Source: Arcobacteraceae bacterium
Lineage (GTDB): Bacteria; Campylobacterota; Campylobacteria; Campylobacterales; Arcobacteraceae
Assembly: GCA_048268245.1 (NCBI GenBank)
Contig: JBLWVX010000004.1
Coordinates: 81,041 to 145,040, forward strand
Reading direction: 5' to 3'
DNA length: 64,000 bases
Shown here: piece after piece, positions 52,676-62,709 of the stretch
How positions within the stretch are numbered: the first letter of the stretch is position 1
Layout of the letters: each line of letters begins with the position of its first letter
Position numbers and translations under genes: made by a program
The notes under the pieces: model-generated
Seen by the model: only the letters and a program-made list of their open reading frames with translations
The model's database searches: none
What the model was told of the DNA's origin: nothing

Positions 52676-53140
52676 ATTGTTCTTTATATTTAATACTAGA
52701 AATTCTTGCTTTTTCAGATTCAATATAAGATGCTAATTCTTCAGCACTATTCAATACTTCTGCAATTACTCTTCTATTCTTTATAGCACCTTCTTCTGTT
52801 GAATTGTTATATAAAGAAGAGCTTACACCAAACCCCATATATCTAACTTGCTTAGCATTTACTTCTAAATTTACAAGTGAGTTTCTAACTTTTTTGGCTC
52901 TATTTGTAGATAAGTCATAATTATACCCAGCAGGTGCACTTGCACTTGTATGTCCTTCAATAACTGCATATAAATTAGTCTTTTTTAAGAATTGTGCAAA
53001 CTCTTGAATTTCTTTACTTTCAGATGAGTCACTATAAATAGTAGAGTCATTTTCAAACTGTACATTTAAATCTTTAACCATGATACAATCCCAGCATTTA
53101 GGCTAAAGCTGTTATTAACCCAATAAGTGTTGATGTTAAA
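52674..53140 (-). pseudogene. OmpA-like peptidoglycan-binding protein with a broken signal peptide
   Basis: IEGHT, YNYDLS.NRA, NRRV; signal-like LTSTLIGLITALA* is out of frame upstream. Confidence 0.65.
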
Positions 53141-53171
53141 AATTTTTAAATTATTTTTTAAAGGCATAAAG

Positions 53172-53453
53172 ATGACTAATTATTTAAGAAATTCAGTAAT
53201 TGTTGCGACTTCGGCTTTACTATTATTTATAGAATGTACATCAAAAGATAGTAAAATCTCAGAACTTGAAAGCCAAAACAAAAAAGCATTAGATTCAATC
53301 AATGCAATGAATAATGAACCAAAAGATAAAAATGCAATTGCGAACTCTTTAGTTCCACTAAATACAAAAGCTACTGTACAAGCATATCAAAGAGATAATA
53401 AGTTAAGTGAGGGAGCTTTAACTTTAAAAACGTTAAAATCTCTAGGATTATAA
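53172..53453 (+). pseudogene. Internally deleted peptidoglycan-binding lipoprotein remnant
   Basis: Damaged lipobox (FIEC); SLVPLN joined directly to TKATVQAYQRDNKL..G.LT..TL.SL (half PG_binding_1). Confidence 0.5.
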
Positions 53454-53506
53454 TAGAATTAAAAGATAAAAACCACTAGCTTTTATCTTTTTTTAAAGAA
53501 GGAAAA

Positions 53507-53704
53507 ATGAAAAAACTACTATTAACTATTTTAACTCTAAGCATCACTATTTTCTTTAGTGCTTGTAGTACAAAATCTCAAAACGATGTATTAAACTCTA
53601 GCAAACAAGATGTATCAGATTTACTATCACAGCTTATTGAAAAAGAAAAAGAGATAAACAAACTTACAAAACAAATAGAAGCTTGCAAAGAGAAATCAAA
53701 GTAA
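53507..53704 (+). CDS. Small coiled-coil lipoprotein
   Basis: Lipobox FSAC; AAGGA RBS. Confidence 0.75.
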   Translation: MKKLLLTILTLSITIFFSACSTKSQNDVLNSSKQDVSDLLSQLIEKEKEINKLTKQIEACKEKSK

Positions 53705-53736
53705 GCTTTCACTAAAACTTAGGTAAAATCTTTCAC

Positions 53737-54612
53737 ATGAAAGAAATAGCAATTATTGGCTCAACAGCCTCAGGAAAAACAGGCTTATCTATACAAATAG
53801 CCCAAAAAACAGACTCTATTATATTATCACTTGATTCACTTAGTGTATATAAAGAAATTGATATTGCCTCTGCAAAACCTACAAAAATTGAAAAAGGAGA
53901 TATTATTCATTTTGGAATAGATGAAGTATACCCAAATGAAGAGTTTGATGTAATAGAGTTTATTAAACTTTATAAAAAAGCAAAAGAGTATGCAAAGAAC
54001 AACTCTAAAAACCTTATCATTGTAGGTGGTACTAGCTTTTATCTTAAAACTTTGATTGAAGGTATGTCAACGGGTATTGACTCAAAGACTAAACTTGATA
54101 TTCCTGTAGATGAAGCCTATGATTTACTTTTTAGTCTTGATAAAGAGTATATGCAAAGAATTGAAAGAAATGATAGATATAGAGTTGAAAAAGCTTATGC
54201 TATTTATAAAGAATCAAAATTAAGTCCCACACAATATTTCAAAGCAAATCCAAAAAAACCAATAGCGCCAGATCTTAAAGTATTTGAGATTTTATGGGAT
54301 AGGGATGAACTAAGAAGAAGAATAAGTCTTAGAACAAAACAGATGATAAAAGATGGACTAATAGATGAAGTGATTTATTTAGAGAATAAGTATACAAGAG
54401 AGCCTAACTGCATGAGTTCAATTGGAATAATTGAAACTCTAGAATACCTAGATGGTAAAATCACAAAAGAGCAGCTCGAAGAGAAAATATCTTTGAATAC
54501 TGCAAAGTTAGCTAAAAGACAAAATACTTTTAATAAAGGTCAATTTGAGAATAAAACATCAAATATAATAGAAAACTTAAATTCAGATATTCTTAAGTAT
54601 TTTTCGCTATAA
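53737..54612 (+). CDS. miaA: tRNA dimethylallyltransferase
   Basis: [35 protein letters not shown]. Confidence 0.95.
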   Translation: MKEIAIIGSTASGKTGLSIQIAQKTDSIILSLDSLSVYKEIDIASAKPTKIEKGDIIHFGIDEVYPNEEFDVIEFIKLYKKAKEYAKNNSKNLIIVGGTSFYLKTLIEGMSTGIDSKTKLDIPVDEAYDLLFSLDKEYMQRIERNDRYRVEKAYAIYKESKLSPTQYFKANPKKPIAPDLKVFEILWDRDELRRRISLRTKQMIKDGLIDEVIYLENKYTREPNCMSSIGIIETLEYLDGKITKEQLEEKISLNTAKLAKRQNTFNKGQFENKTSNIIENLNSDILKYFSL

Positions 54613-54692
54613 TCCCGCCTTACAAGAGTTTTATAAAGGACAACAATAGACTTGCTCTTTTATATTACATTAATTATTATAAGGAATATGGC

Positions 54693-54890
54693 GTGAAAAA
54701 AGACATCCACCCAGATTACAAAGCTTGTACAGTTACTTGTGCTTGTGGTAATACTTTCGAAACAAAATCAAATGTTGAAACAATGAAAATTGACATTTGT
54801 AACGCTTGTCACCCATTCTTTACTGGAGAGCAAAAAATCGTTGATGCTGCTGGTAGAGTTGAGAAGTTCAAAGCTAAATATAACAAGTAA
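54693..54890 (+). CDS. rpmE: 50S ribosomal protein L31 (Zn-binding type)
   Basis: MKKDIHP, CACG, C..CHPFFTG, GRVEKF. Confidence 0.97.
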   Translation: MKKDIHPDYKACTVTCACGNTFETKSNVETMKIDICNACHPFFTGEQKIVDAAGRVEKFKAKYNK

Positions 54891-54898
54891 TTATATTT

Positions 54899-55705
54899 AT
54901 GCTTACTTTAGTTCCAACTCCAATAGGAAACCTCGAAGATATTTCTTTGAGGGCTTTAAATACCCTATTGGAGGCCGAACTAATTTTTTGTGAAGATACA
55001 AGAGTCACAAAAAAACTTTTAAATTTACTAGGCGAAAAAAACAACCTAGACTTTTCAAACAAAGACTATAAATCTTTTCATTCTCACAATGAAAATCAAG
55101 TCTTAAAAACACTATCAAATGAAACTTTTACTAAAAATGTTGTTTATGTAAGTGATGCAGGAATGCCTTGTGTTTCAGATCCAGGAGCAACACTTGTAGA
55201 TTTTTGTATACAAAATGATATAGAATATGATGTATTACCAGGGGCAAATGCAGTTTTAACAGCATATGCTATGAGTGGTTTTACTAATACTACTTTTGCA
55301 TTTCATGGGTTTTTAGCCCATAAAGGAAATGAGAGAAGTTCAAAACTAGATGCTATTTTAAATGATGATAAACTAGCAATTTTATATGAATCGCCACATA
55401 GACTTTTAAAGTTATTAGAAGAGCTTGCAAAAAAAGATGAAAATAGAACAATATTTTTAGTAAAAGAGATTTCAAAACTACACCAAAAAACTTATAAAGA
55501 TAAAACTTTAGCCTTATATGAGCTATTTAAAAGTGAAAATATAAGAGGAGAATGGGTAGTAGTTATTGAACCTATACAAAAAACAGGTGAGGCTTTAAGT
55601 ATCAAAGATATTGAAGATTTAGACCTTGCACCTAAAGTTAAAGCAAAACTTCTTGCGAAAATGACTGGAAGAAAAACAAAAGAGATTTATCAAGAACTTA
55701 TGTAA
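54899..55705 (+). CDS. rsmI: 16S rRNA C1402 2'-O-methyltransferase
   Basis: PTPIGNLEDIS, EDTR, SDAGMP..DPG, YESPHR. Confidence 0.96.
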   Translation: MLTLVPTPIGNLEDISLRALNTLLEAELIFCEDTRVTKKLLNLLGEKNNLDFSNKDYKSFHSHNENQVLKTLSNETFTKNVVYVSDAGMPCVSDPGATLVDFCIQNDIEYDVLPGANAVLTAYAMSGFTNTTFAFHGFLAHKGNERSSKLDAILNDDKLAILYESPHRLLKLLEELAKKDENRTIFLVKEISKLHQKTYKDKTLALYELFKSENIRGEWVVVIEPIQKTGEALSIKDIEDLDLAPKVKAKLLAKMTGRKTKEIYQELM

Positions 55706-55899
55706 AAAAACTCTCACTATTTGACAAACCATCAACTAAAGTTAGTGCAAAACTATCTTCATAATTTATTTTAAATGGTACATAACTCACCTGCTGTTGT
55801 AGATAATACCACTTTTACATTATTTGATAAAATAGATTTTATTTTTCTTGAAACATCATGAAAATTAATATGAGGAGAAATAAAGCCTAAGTATCGCAA
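55706..55899 (-). pseudogene. Remnant of a FIST-domain gene
   Basis: LGFISPH...VVLSTTAGELC then, frameshifted, FALTLVDGLSNSESF. Confidence 0.65.
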
Positions 55900-55956
55900 T
55901 TAAACTTATTTTGATACAAAAGATGATTATCAACAACTTTTAGATAAAATCTTGTC

Positions 55957-56646
55957 ATGATAATATACGGTAAACAAATTGTACTTTATGTACTAGATAA
56001 ACATCCCCATTTAATTGAAGAAGTAATGTTTTCTAAAGAGATAGACAAAAAACTATTCTCTAAGTTTTTAAAGCTTGGTAAAAAGATTATTAAGCTTGAT
56101 AATAAGAAAGCACAAGGACTTTCTAAAGGTGGAAACCATCAAGGCTTCTTCTTAAAACTAAAAGAGTTTGAATATACAGACATCAAAGATATTAAAAATA
56201 TGAACTTTATTTTAGTTTTAGATGGATTAACTGATGTTGGAAATATTGGAGCTATTGTTAGAACTGCTTACTCACTTGGAGTTGAAGGTATTGTAGCTTC
56301 AAATGTAAGAACTTTAAATAACTCAGGAATATTTAGAACGAGTGCAGGTTCACTAATAGATGTACCTTTCGCACTTTATCCAAAAAGTATTGACTTAGCA
56401 AATGAACTTCAGCAATGCGGTTTTGCTTTAATAGGTGCAACTATGGATGGAACTGATTTAAAGAAATATGGAAAAATTGAAAAAACAGATAAAGTAGCAC
56501 TTTTCTTAGGAAGTGAAGGAGAAGGTATTTCACCTAAAGTTCAAAAGAAACTTGACTTAAAAGTGTCTATTGGAATGGAACATGATTTTGACTCTTTAAA
56601 TGTATCAGTTGCAGCAGGAATATTAATTTATAATTTAAAAAAGTAG
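55957..56646 (+). CDS. rlmB: 23S rRNA G2251 2'-O-methyltransferase (SpoU family)
   Basis: NHQG, D.GNIGAI.RT, GSEGEG, SLNVSVA. Confidence 0.9.
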   Translation: MIIYGKQIVLYVLDKHPHLIEEVMFSKEIDKKLFSKFLKLGKKIIKLDNKKAQGLSKGGNHQGFFLKLKEFEYTDIKDIKNMNFILVLDGLTDVGNIGAIVRTAYSLGVEGIVASNVRTLNNSGIFRTSAGSLIDVPFALYPKSIDLANELQQCGFALIGATMDGTDLKKYGKIEKTDKVALFLGSEGEGISPKVQKKLDLKVSIGMEHDFDSLNVSVAAGILIYNLKK

Positions 56647-56655
56647 AGATTAAAT

Positions 56656-57465
56656 ATGATTAAAAATTTAGTTTTAATTTTAGCATTAGGTATTACTTTA
56701 AATGCAAATATAGATACTAAGGTTAAAAACCTATTAGGTTCAAGTACTTATAATACTCATAAAAACCTTATTAACTTTATTTTTTCACAAAAGAGTACTT
56801 ATTATAAAAATGGTCTATTAGACTATACGTTAGTAACTCAAAAATTAAGTGATAATAATCTATTAAAACTAAAACTTCCTACAACTGAATATATAAATAT
56901 AAACTTTAAATTAATAGGTAAAGAGAAAAAATCTTTACTTATATTAAAAGATATTTTAAAATCTCTAGGACATTACTACTACTTTACAAAAGAAGCAAAC
57001 TTTACAGAAAATAAACTACTATGGAGTATAAAATTAAAGACGGATGTCGCCATCAACCCTCTTAGATTATCACAGTCTCTTGATAAAACAAATAGCAAGA
57101 TACTAGACATAATAAAAGAGGGTAGTTCTGATTATACTTATGTAATTGATTTTACAAATAGTAAGTTAGCAAAAGTTGAAGATTTAAAAATTAACAGTCA
57201 AGTGACATTAAAAAAACCATTTAGACCTTATATGCTAAGTGTTGAAAATGCCACTTCTTTGAATATTGATTCTCACTCAGGTAATAGATGGCACCCAAAT
57301 ATTACTTTTTATGATGAAAATATGAATATTTTAGAGATTGTTAAAGAAAATAGTTTAAAAAGAAGTTTTAAAGTTGATGTACCAACAGATACATCCTATA
57401 TCAAAATAGATGATTTATATTCCCTTGCAAATTTAAGAAGAGGGATTAGTATAACTAAGGAGTAA
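56656..57465 (+). CDS. Exported hypothetical protein
   Basis: Signal peptide (LNA); co-oriented in the operon. Confidence 0.7.
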   Translation: MIKNLVLILALGITLNANIDTKVKNLLGSSTYNTHKNLINFIFSQKSTYYKNGLLDYTLVTQKLSDNNLLKLKLPTTEYININFKLIGKEKKSLLILKDILKSLGHYYYFTKEANFTENKLLWSIKLKTDVAINPLRLSQSLDKTNSKILDIIKEGSSDYTYVIDFTNSKLAKVEDLKINSQVTLKKPFRPYMLSVENATSLNIDSHSGNRWHPNITFYDENMNILEIVKENSLKRSFKVDVPTDTSYIKIDDLYSLANLRRGISITKE

Positions 57466-57469
57466 AAAA

Positions 57470-58684
57470 GTGTTTCCTGAAATAGAGTTTGAAAGAATGA
57501 AAAGACTTCCTAATTATGTGTTTGCAGAGGTAAACAATATAAAAATGGAAGCAAGAAGAAATGGTGAAGATATTATAGATTTCTCAATGGGAAATCCAGA
57601 TGGTCCAGCACCAAAACATATCACTGATAAATTAACAGAAGCAGCACAAAAACCAAAAAATCATGGTTATAGTGCAAGTGCAGGTATTTATAAATTAAGA
57701 CTTGCTATTTGTAATTGGTATAAAAGAAAGTATGGAGTAGAAGGTTTAGACCCAGATAAACATGCTTGTGCAACTATGGGATCTAAAGAAGGTTATGTGC
57801 ATTTAGTACAAGCTATTGTAAATGTTGGAGATACAGCTGTTGTACCAGATCCTACGTATCCTATTCATTCTTATGCTTTTATGTTAGCAGGTGCAGGTAT
57901 TCATAAATTTGAATTAAGTTTTGATGATGAGTATAAAGTTGATGAAGATTTATTTTTTGAAAGATTACAAAAAACTTTAGACGAATCAATACCAAAAGCT
58001 AAATTTGTGGTTGTAAACTTCCCACATAATCCAACGTGTGCAACAGTTACACCTGAATTTTACCAAAGATTAGTTGACATGGCTAAAAAAGAGAGATTTT
58101 ATATCATCTCTGATATTGCATATGCTGATATTACATTTGATGGATATACAACTCCTTCAATTTTCCAAGCTGAAGGTGCTTTAGATGTAGCTGTTGAATC
58201 ATTTACACTATCTAAATCATACAACATGGCAGGATGGAGAGTTGGATTTATCACAGGAAATGAAAAACTTGTGGGAGCTTTAAAAAGAATCAAGTCTTGG
58301 TTAGATTATGGTATGTTCACACCTATTCAAGTTGCTGCTACTGTTGCACTTGATGGACCACAAGATTGTGTTGATGAGCATATTGAAAAATATAGAAAAA
58401 GAAGAGATGTAATGATTGAAGCTTTTGCTGATGCAGGATGGGAAATGAATACTCCAAATGCTTCAATGTTTATTTGGGCAAAAATTCCAGAGTGTGCCCA
58501 GCATTTAGGAAGTATGGAGTTTTCAAAACAACTTCTTACAGAAGCAAAAGTTGCAGTAAGTCCAGGTATTGGATTTGGTACATATGGTGATAAATATGTA
58601 AGAATTGCTTTAATTGAAAATGAAAAAAGAATTAGACAAGCTGCAAGAAATATAAAAAATTATTTAAAAACTTTAGAAAAATAG
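57470..58684 (+). CDS. Class I PLP aminotransferase (AlaC / LL-DAP aminotransferase-like)
   Basis: RLPNYVF, MGNPD, NFPHNPT, SDIAY, SKSYNMAGWRVG. Confidence 0.9.
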   Translation: MFPEIEFERMKRLPNYVFAEVNNIKMEARRNGEDIIDFSMGNPDGPAPKHITDKLTEAAQKPKNHGYSASAGIYKLRLAICNWYKRKYGVEGLDPDKHACATMGSKEGYVHLVQAIVNVGDTAVVPDPTYPIHSYAFMLAGAGIHKFELSFDDEYKVDEDLFFERLQKTLDESIPKAKFVVVNFPHNPTCATVTPEFYQRLVDMAKKERFYIISDIAYADITFDGYTTPSIFQAEGALDVAVESFTLSKSYNMAGWRVGFITGNEKLVGALKRIKSWLDYGMFTPIQVAATVALDGPQDCVDEHIEKYRKRRDVMIEAFADAGWEMNTPNASMFIWAKIPECAQHLGSMEFSKQLLTEAKVAVSPGIGFGTYGDKYVRIALIENEKRIRQAARNIKNYLKTLEK

Positions 58685-58692
58685 GAATAAAA

Positions 58693-59955
58693 ATGTTAAA
58701 AGTAGGAATTATCGGTGTAGGAACTGTTGGAGCTAGTGTTGCAAATATTTTAAGAGATAACAAAGATATTATTACTGCAAGAGCTGGTACACAAATAGAG
58801 CCTGTACTAGGTGTAGTTTCAAACTTAAAAAAAGACAGAGATGTATCTATAAAACTAACAGACAATGTTGATGAAGTATTAAATGATGAATCAATTGATA
58901 TTGTTGTTGAGTTAATGGGTGGTGTTGAAAAACCTTATGAGATTGTAAAAAGAGCACTTGAAAAAGGTAAAGCTGTAGTTACTGCTAATAAAGCATTATT
59001 AGCATACCACAGATATGAGTTACAAGAAATTGCAGGAGATACTGCATTTGAATACGAAGCAGCTGTTGCTGGTGGTATTCCAATTATTAATGCTTTAAGA
59101 GAAGGTCTTACAGCTAATAATATTGAGACTATTAGAGGTATTATGAATGGTACTTGTAACTATATGCTAACTAAAATGATTAACGAAGGTGTTGATTATG
59201 ATACTATCTTAAAAGAATCACAAGAGTTAGGTTATGCAGAAGCTGATCCGACATTTGATGTTGGTGGGTTTGATGCTGCACATAAATTACTAATTCTTGG
59301 ATCAATTGCATATGGTATTGATGCTAAACCTGAAGATATTTTAATTGAAGGTATTGAAAATATTGAACCTGCTGATATTGAGTTTGCAGGTGAGTTTAAC
59401 TACTCAATTAAACTTTTAACAATTGCTAAAAAAGTAGAAAACCAAATCGAACTTAGAGTTCATCCAGTATTTATTCCAAATGATGAAATGATTGCAAAAG
59501 TTGATGGAGTAATGAATGGTGTTTCTGTTATAGGTGACAAGGTTGGTGAAACTATGTATTATGGACCAGGAGCAGGTGGTGATGCTACAGCTTCTGCTGT
59601 AATTGCAAATATCATTGATGTTGCTAGACGTGGTAAAGGCTCTCCAATGCTTGGATTTGAAACTCCAAACAGTGAAAAACTTTCACTTATGGCAAAAGAT
59701 GATATTCAAACAAAATACTATCTAAGACTTACAGTTGAAGATAAAGCTGGTGTTTTAGCAAAAATTGCAAATATTTTAGGAGATAAAAATATCTCTATTG
59801 AGAAAATGATTCAAAAACCAATTGATGATAAAACAGCACATATTTTACTTTCAACTCATACTTCTATTGAAAAAGATATAAATGATGCTATCAAAACTTT
59901 AGAAGATGCTAGTGTAGTTACGAGAAAACCTATGATGATTAGAATAGAGGATTAA
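58693..59955 (+). CDS. hom: Homoserine dehydrogenase with ACT domain
   Basis: GVGTVG, VVTANK, EAAVAGGIP, NGTCNY, GYAEADP, GPGAG. Confidence 0.97.
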   Translation: MLKVGIIGVGTVGASVANILRDNKDIITARAGTQIEPVLGVVSNLKKDRDVSIKLTDNVDEVLNDESIDIVVELMGGVEKPYEIVKRALEKGKAVVTANKALLAYHRYELQEIAGDTAFEYEAAVAGGIPIINALREGLTANNIETIRGIMNGTCNYMLTKMINEGVDYDTILKESQELGYAEADPTFDVGGFDAAHKLLILGSIAYGIDAKPEDILIEGIENIEPADIEFAGEFNYSIKLLTIAKKVENQIELRVHPVFIPNDEMIAKVDGVMNGVSVIGDKVGETMYYGPGAGGDATASAVIANIIDVARRGKGSPMLGFETPNSEKLSLMAKDDIQTKYYLRLTVEDKAGVLAKIANILGDKNISIEKMIQKPIDDKTAHILLSTHTSIEKDINDAIKTLEDASVVTRKPMMIRIED

Positions 59956-60058
59956 TTCCTCTATTTTATAATTTTTATTATTTACTTCTTTTTTTCTTTT
60001 TAAATCAAACTTTTTACACTATAATCCAGTTTTATTCTATTTCACAGGATATTCTATT

Positions 60059-61414
60059 TTGAAACAAACAAACGAATTAACAACAAAAGAGATTCCCTCT
60101 TTAATAAGACAACTAGCAATTCCAGCAAGTACAGGAATGTTTTTTAATACTATGTATAATGTAGTTGATACATTTTATGCAGGTCTTATCTCTACACAAG
60201 CAGTTGCAGCCCTATCTTTATCTTTTATGATATTTTTTACTATTATTGGTTTTGGATATGGATTTTCATCAGCAACAACTGCACTTATTGGAAACCACTT
60301 TGGTAAAAAAAGATACAAATTAGCTTCACTTTATGCCCAAAAAGGTTTAGTATTTATTCCTCTAATAGGAATTGTTTTAACTATATTAGGGATTATATTC
60401 TCTCCAAGTCTTTTTATATTACTTGGAGCAAAAGAGCAGTACTTACAAGATGCTATGACATACATAAGTCCTATTTTATATGGAAGTATCTTCTTTATGA
60501 TAAACTTTGCTTTAAATGCCATACTTGTAGCAAGAGGTGATACAAAAACATATAGAAATACTTTGATTTTTGGTTTCTTTGCAAACTTAGTTTTAAACCC
60601 ATTATTCATTTATGGATTTTTATTTATTCCAGCATTAGGACTTCAAGGTATAGCAATAGCAACAGTTTTAATCCAAATAATAAATATGTTTTATATGTTT
60701 CATAAAGTAAATCAAACAAATATCATTAAGTACGATAGACTTGATTACTTTTTACCAAATCTTAGAGTATATAAAGACTTTATAAATCAAGGCTTGCCAG
60801 CAAGTTTAAATATGCTTATCATGTCAATAGGCTCACTTATACTTACATATTTTGTATCACACTATGGTATGAAAGCAGTTGCTGGATATGGTATTGGGTT
60901 TAGAGTAGAGCAACTTATGCTTTTACCAGCACTTGGGCTTAATACAGCTGTACTAACACTTGTATCAAACAACTATGGTGCAAAAAAATATGATAGGGTA
61001 ATTGAGACTTTAAAAGTTGCTATAAAATATGGTTTTATAATTGCTACTTTTGGAATTGTATTCTTAAGTGTATTTGGTAGGCTCATTATCTCACAATTTG
61101 ATTCAAATGAAATAGTTGTAAACTATGGATTGGATTATTTACTTATTGAAGTTTGGATTTTCTATGCTTATGTAGTTTTATTTATTTGCGTATCAACACT
61201 TCAAGGAATTAAAAAACCAAAAATGATTTTATATATAGCTTTATATAGACAAATCTTTGCAAAGTTTATAATTGCTTATTTAATAGTAAAATATTTTGAA
61301 ATGAGTTTTTCATCACTTTGGGTTGGTATTTTTATAGTTATAAATTCAGCTGCGATATTTGCTTACTTTTACACAAATAACCTTCTTAAAAAACATTGTC
61401 ATAGAACTTTATAG
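60059..61414 (+). CDS. MATE family efflux transporter
   Basis: About 12 TMs; YNVVDT, GDTK, N..LNP.FI.G, G..G.A.AT. Confidence 0.92.
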   Translation: MKQTNELTTKEIPSLIRQLAIPASTGMFFNTMYNVVDTFYAGLISTQAVAALSLSFMIFFTIIGFGYGFSSATTALIGNHFGKKRYKLASLYAQKGLVFIPLIGIVLTILGIIFSPSLFILLGAKEQYLQDAMTYISPILYGSIFFMINFALNAILVARGDTKTYRNTLIFGFFANLVLNPLFIYGFLFIPALGLQGIAIATVLIQIINMFYMFHKVNQTNIIKYDRLDYFLPNLRVYKDFINQGLPASLNMLIMSIGSLILTYFVSHYGMKAVAGYGIGFRVEQLMLLPALGLNTAVLTLVSNNYGAKKYDRVIETLKVAIKYGFIIATFGIVFLSVFGRLIISQFDSNEIVVNYGLDYLLIEVWIFYAYVVLFICVSTLQGIKKPKMILYIALYRQIFAKFIIAYLIVKYFEMSFSSLWVGIFIVINSAAIFAYFYTNNLLKKHCHRTL

Positions 61415-61422
61415 TTCTATGA

Positions 61423-62550
61423 TTAATAAATTCCTATTTTATATTTATTCATAATCTCAATATTTTTAGAAGCTCTTACAAAACCTTGCTTTGATGATTT
61501 ATTGAAGTATTTATAAGCTTGTTTGTCATTCTCTTTAATTGATAAACCAATATAGTAATAAATACCTAAATTAAAATTTGCTTCTTTTATGTTTGACTTT
61601 TTAAAATACTCTATTGCTTTTTTGTTAGCACTATTTGTATTTATTTTTGAATAATATACTCCAAGATTATAAAAAGCTATTGCTTTTTGCTCTTGTGAGT
61701 CAGAATAATTTATAAACTCTAAAAGTTCTTTTTTAGATAAATATCTACCATTTATTTTTTTTGCTTGGTATACTCTTTTTATATCAAGTCTATATGAAGG
61801 AGTTGTTTTAACTACTTTTTTTTCAGCTTTTTTCTCTTTTTGTTTATAAACTTTTTTATTAGTACTTTTACTTTTATAGTACCTTTTTTTCATCGACAAA
61901 TTTTTCATAAAAGTATGAATATAAAAGTAATCAGATGTTGTATCTTTTATAAGTTTAAATCTTTTTTTCTTAACAAATGTATCAATAGTTTTTTTATCAA
62001 AAGTCATCGAAAAGGCATAAGTTAAACCTCTAATATTCTCTTGTCTTAAGAACTTAAAATATATCCATTTATCAAGTTTTTTACTAACTCTCTTAGGAAG
62101 ATTATAAGCTTCTAAAACCAAAGAAGTTTTCTTCTTATATGGTATAACTTTATGTTGTAAAAGATAATCTAACTGTCTTAAATCTTTTTGTTTATAATCA
62201 GTTAAAAAATAGTTTATATCATAAGAGTTTACATTTAAAATATCTTTTTCTTTAAAATCTCTATTTACAAATAAGAGTCCTGAAAAATGACCTATTGAAC
62301 CAACTCTTAACATCTCTAAAGAAAAATCTTCTATAAATACAGGAATGAAGAGTTTAAAACCATAAGCATTTTTAGAAATATAATCATTAGTTGTAAGTAC
62401 TACTTTATATTTTCCATCAATTTCATGATAAACAAACTCTGAGTCTTCAAAATTATAAATAGCTTGATACTTTGCAAATAAAAAAGTTGAGAATAGACAA
62501 AGTAAAAGAACTACTCTTTTACTTTGTCTTATAAAAAGGTTTTCTTTCAA
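61423..62550 (-). CDS. Secreted protein with C-terminal Sel1-like repeats
   Basis: Signal peptide; A.YNLG.YY and A.FNLG.YY..G...A.KYF.K. Confidence 0.75.
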   Translation of the reverse strand: MKENLFIRQSKRVVLLLCLFSTFLFAKYQAIYNFEDSEFVYHEIDGKYKVVLTTNDYISKNAYGFKLFIPVFIEDFSLEMLRVGSIGHFSGLLFVNRDFKEKDILNVNSYDINYFLTDYKQKDLRQLDYLLQHKVIPYKKKTSLVLEAYNLPKRVSKKLDKWIYFKFLRQENIRGLTYAFSMTFDKKTIDTFVKKKRFKLIKDTTSDYFYIHTFMKNLSMKKRYYKSKSTNKKVYKQKEKKAEKKVVKTTPSYRLDIKRVYQAKKINGRYLSKKELLEFINYSDSQEQKAIAFYNLGVYYSKINTNSANKKAIEYFKKSNIKEANFNLGIYYYIGLSIKENDKQAYKYFNKSSKQGFVRASKNIEIMNKYKIGIY

Positions 62551-62556
62551 AATTTT

Positions 62557-62700
62557 TTATCTTCTTTCTACAGCAGTTATTTTACTATGTTCATAACTTT
62601 TAATAACCATAGGTTTACTTTCAACCTGAGCTTTTTGAGTACATCCACTAAAAGCAATAGCTAATAGTAAAGTTACTCCTGATATTTTTAATAATTTCAT
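62557..62700 (-). CDS. 47-aa lipoprotein (not in the ORF track)
   Basis: MKLLKISGVTLLLAIAFSGC lipobox; AAGG RBS; fills the gap in the operon. Confidence 0.7.
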   Translation of the reverse strand: MKLLKISGVTLLLAIAFSGCTQKAQVESKPMVIKSYEHSKITAVERR

Positions 62701-62709
62701 TGCTTTACC

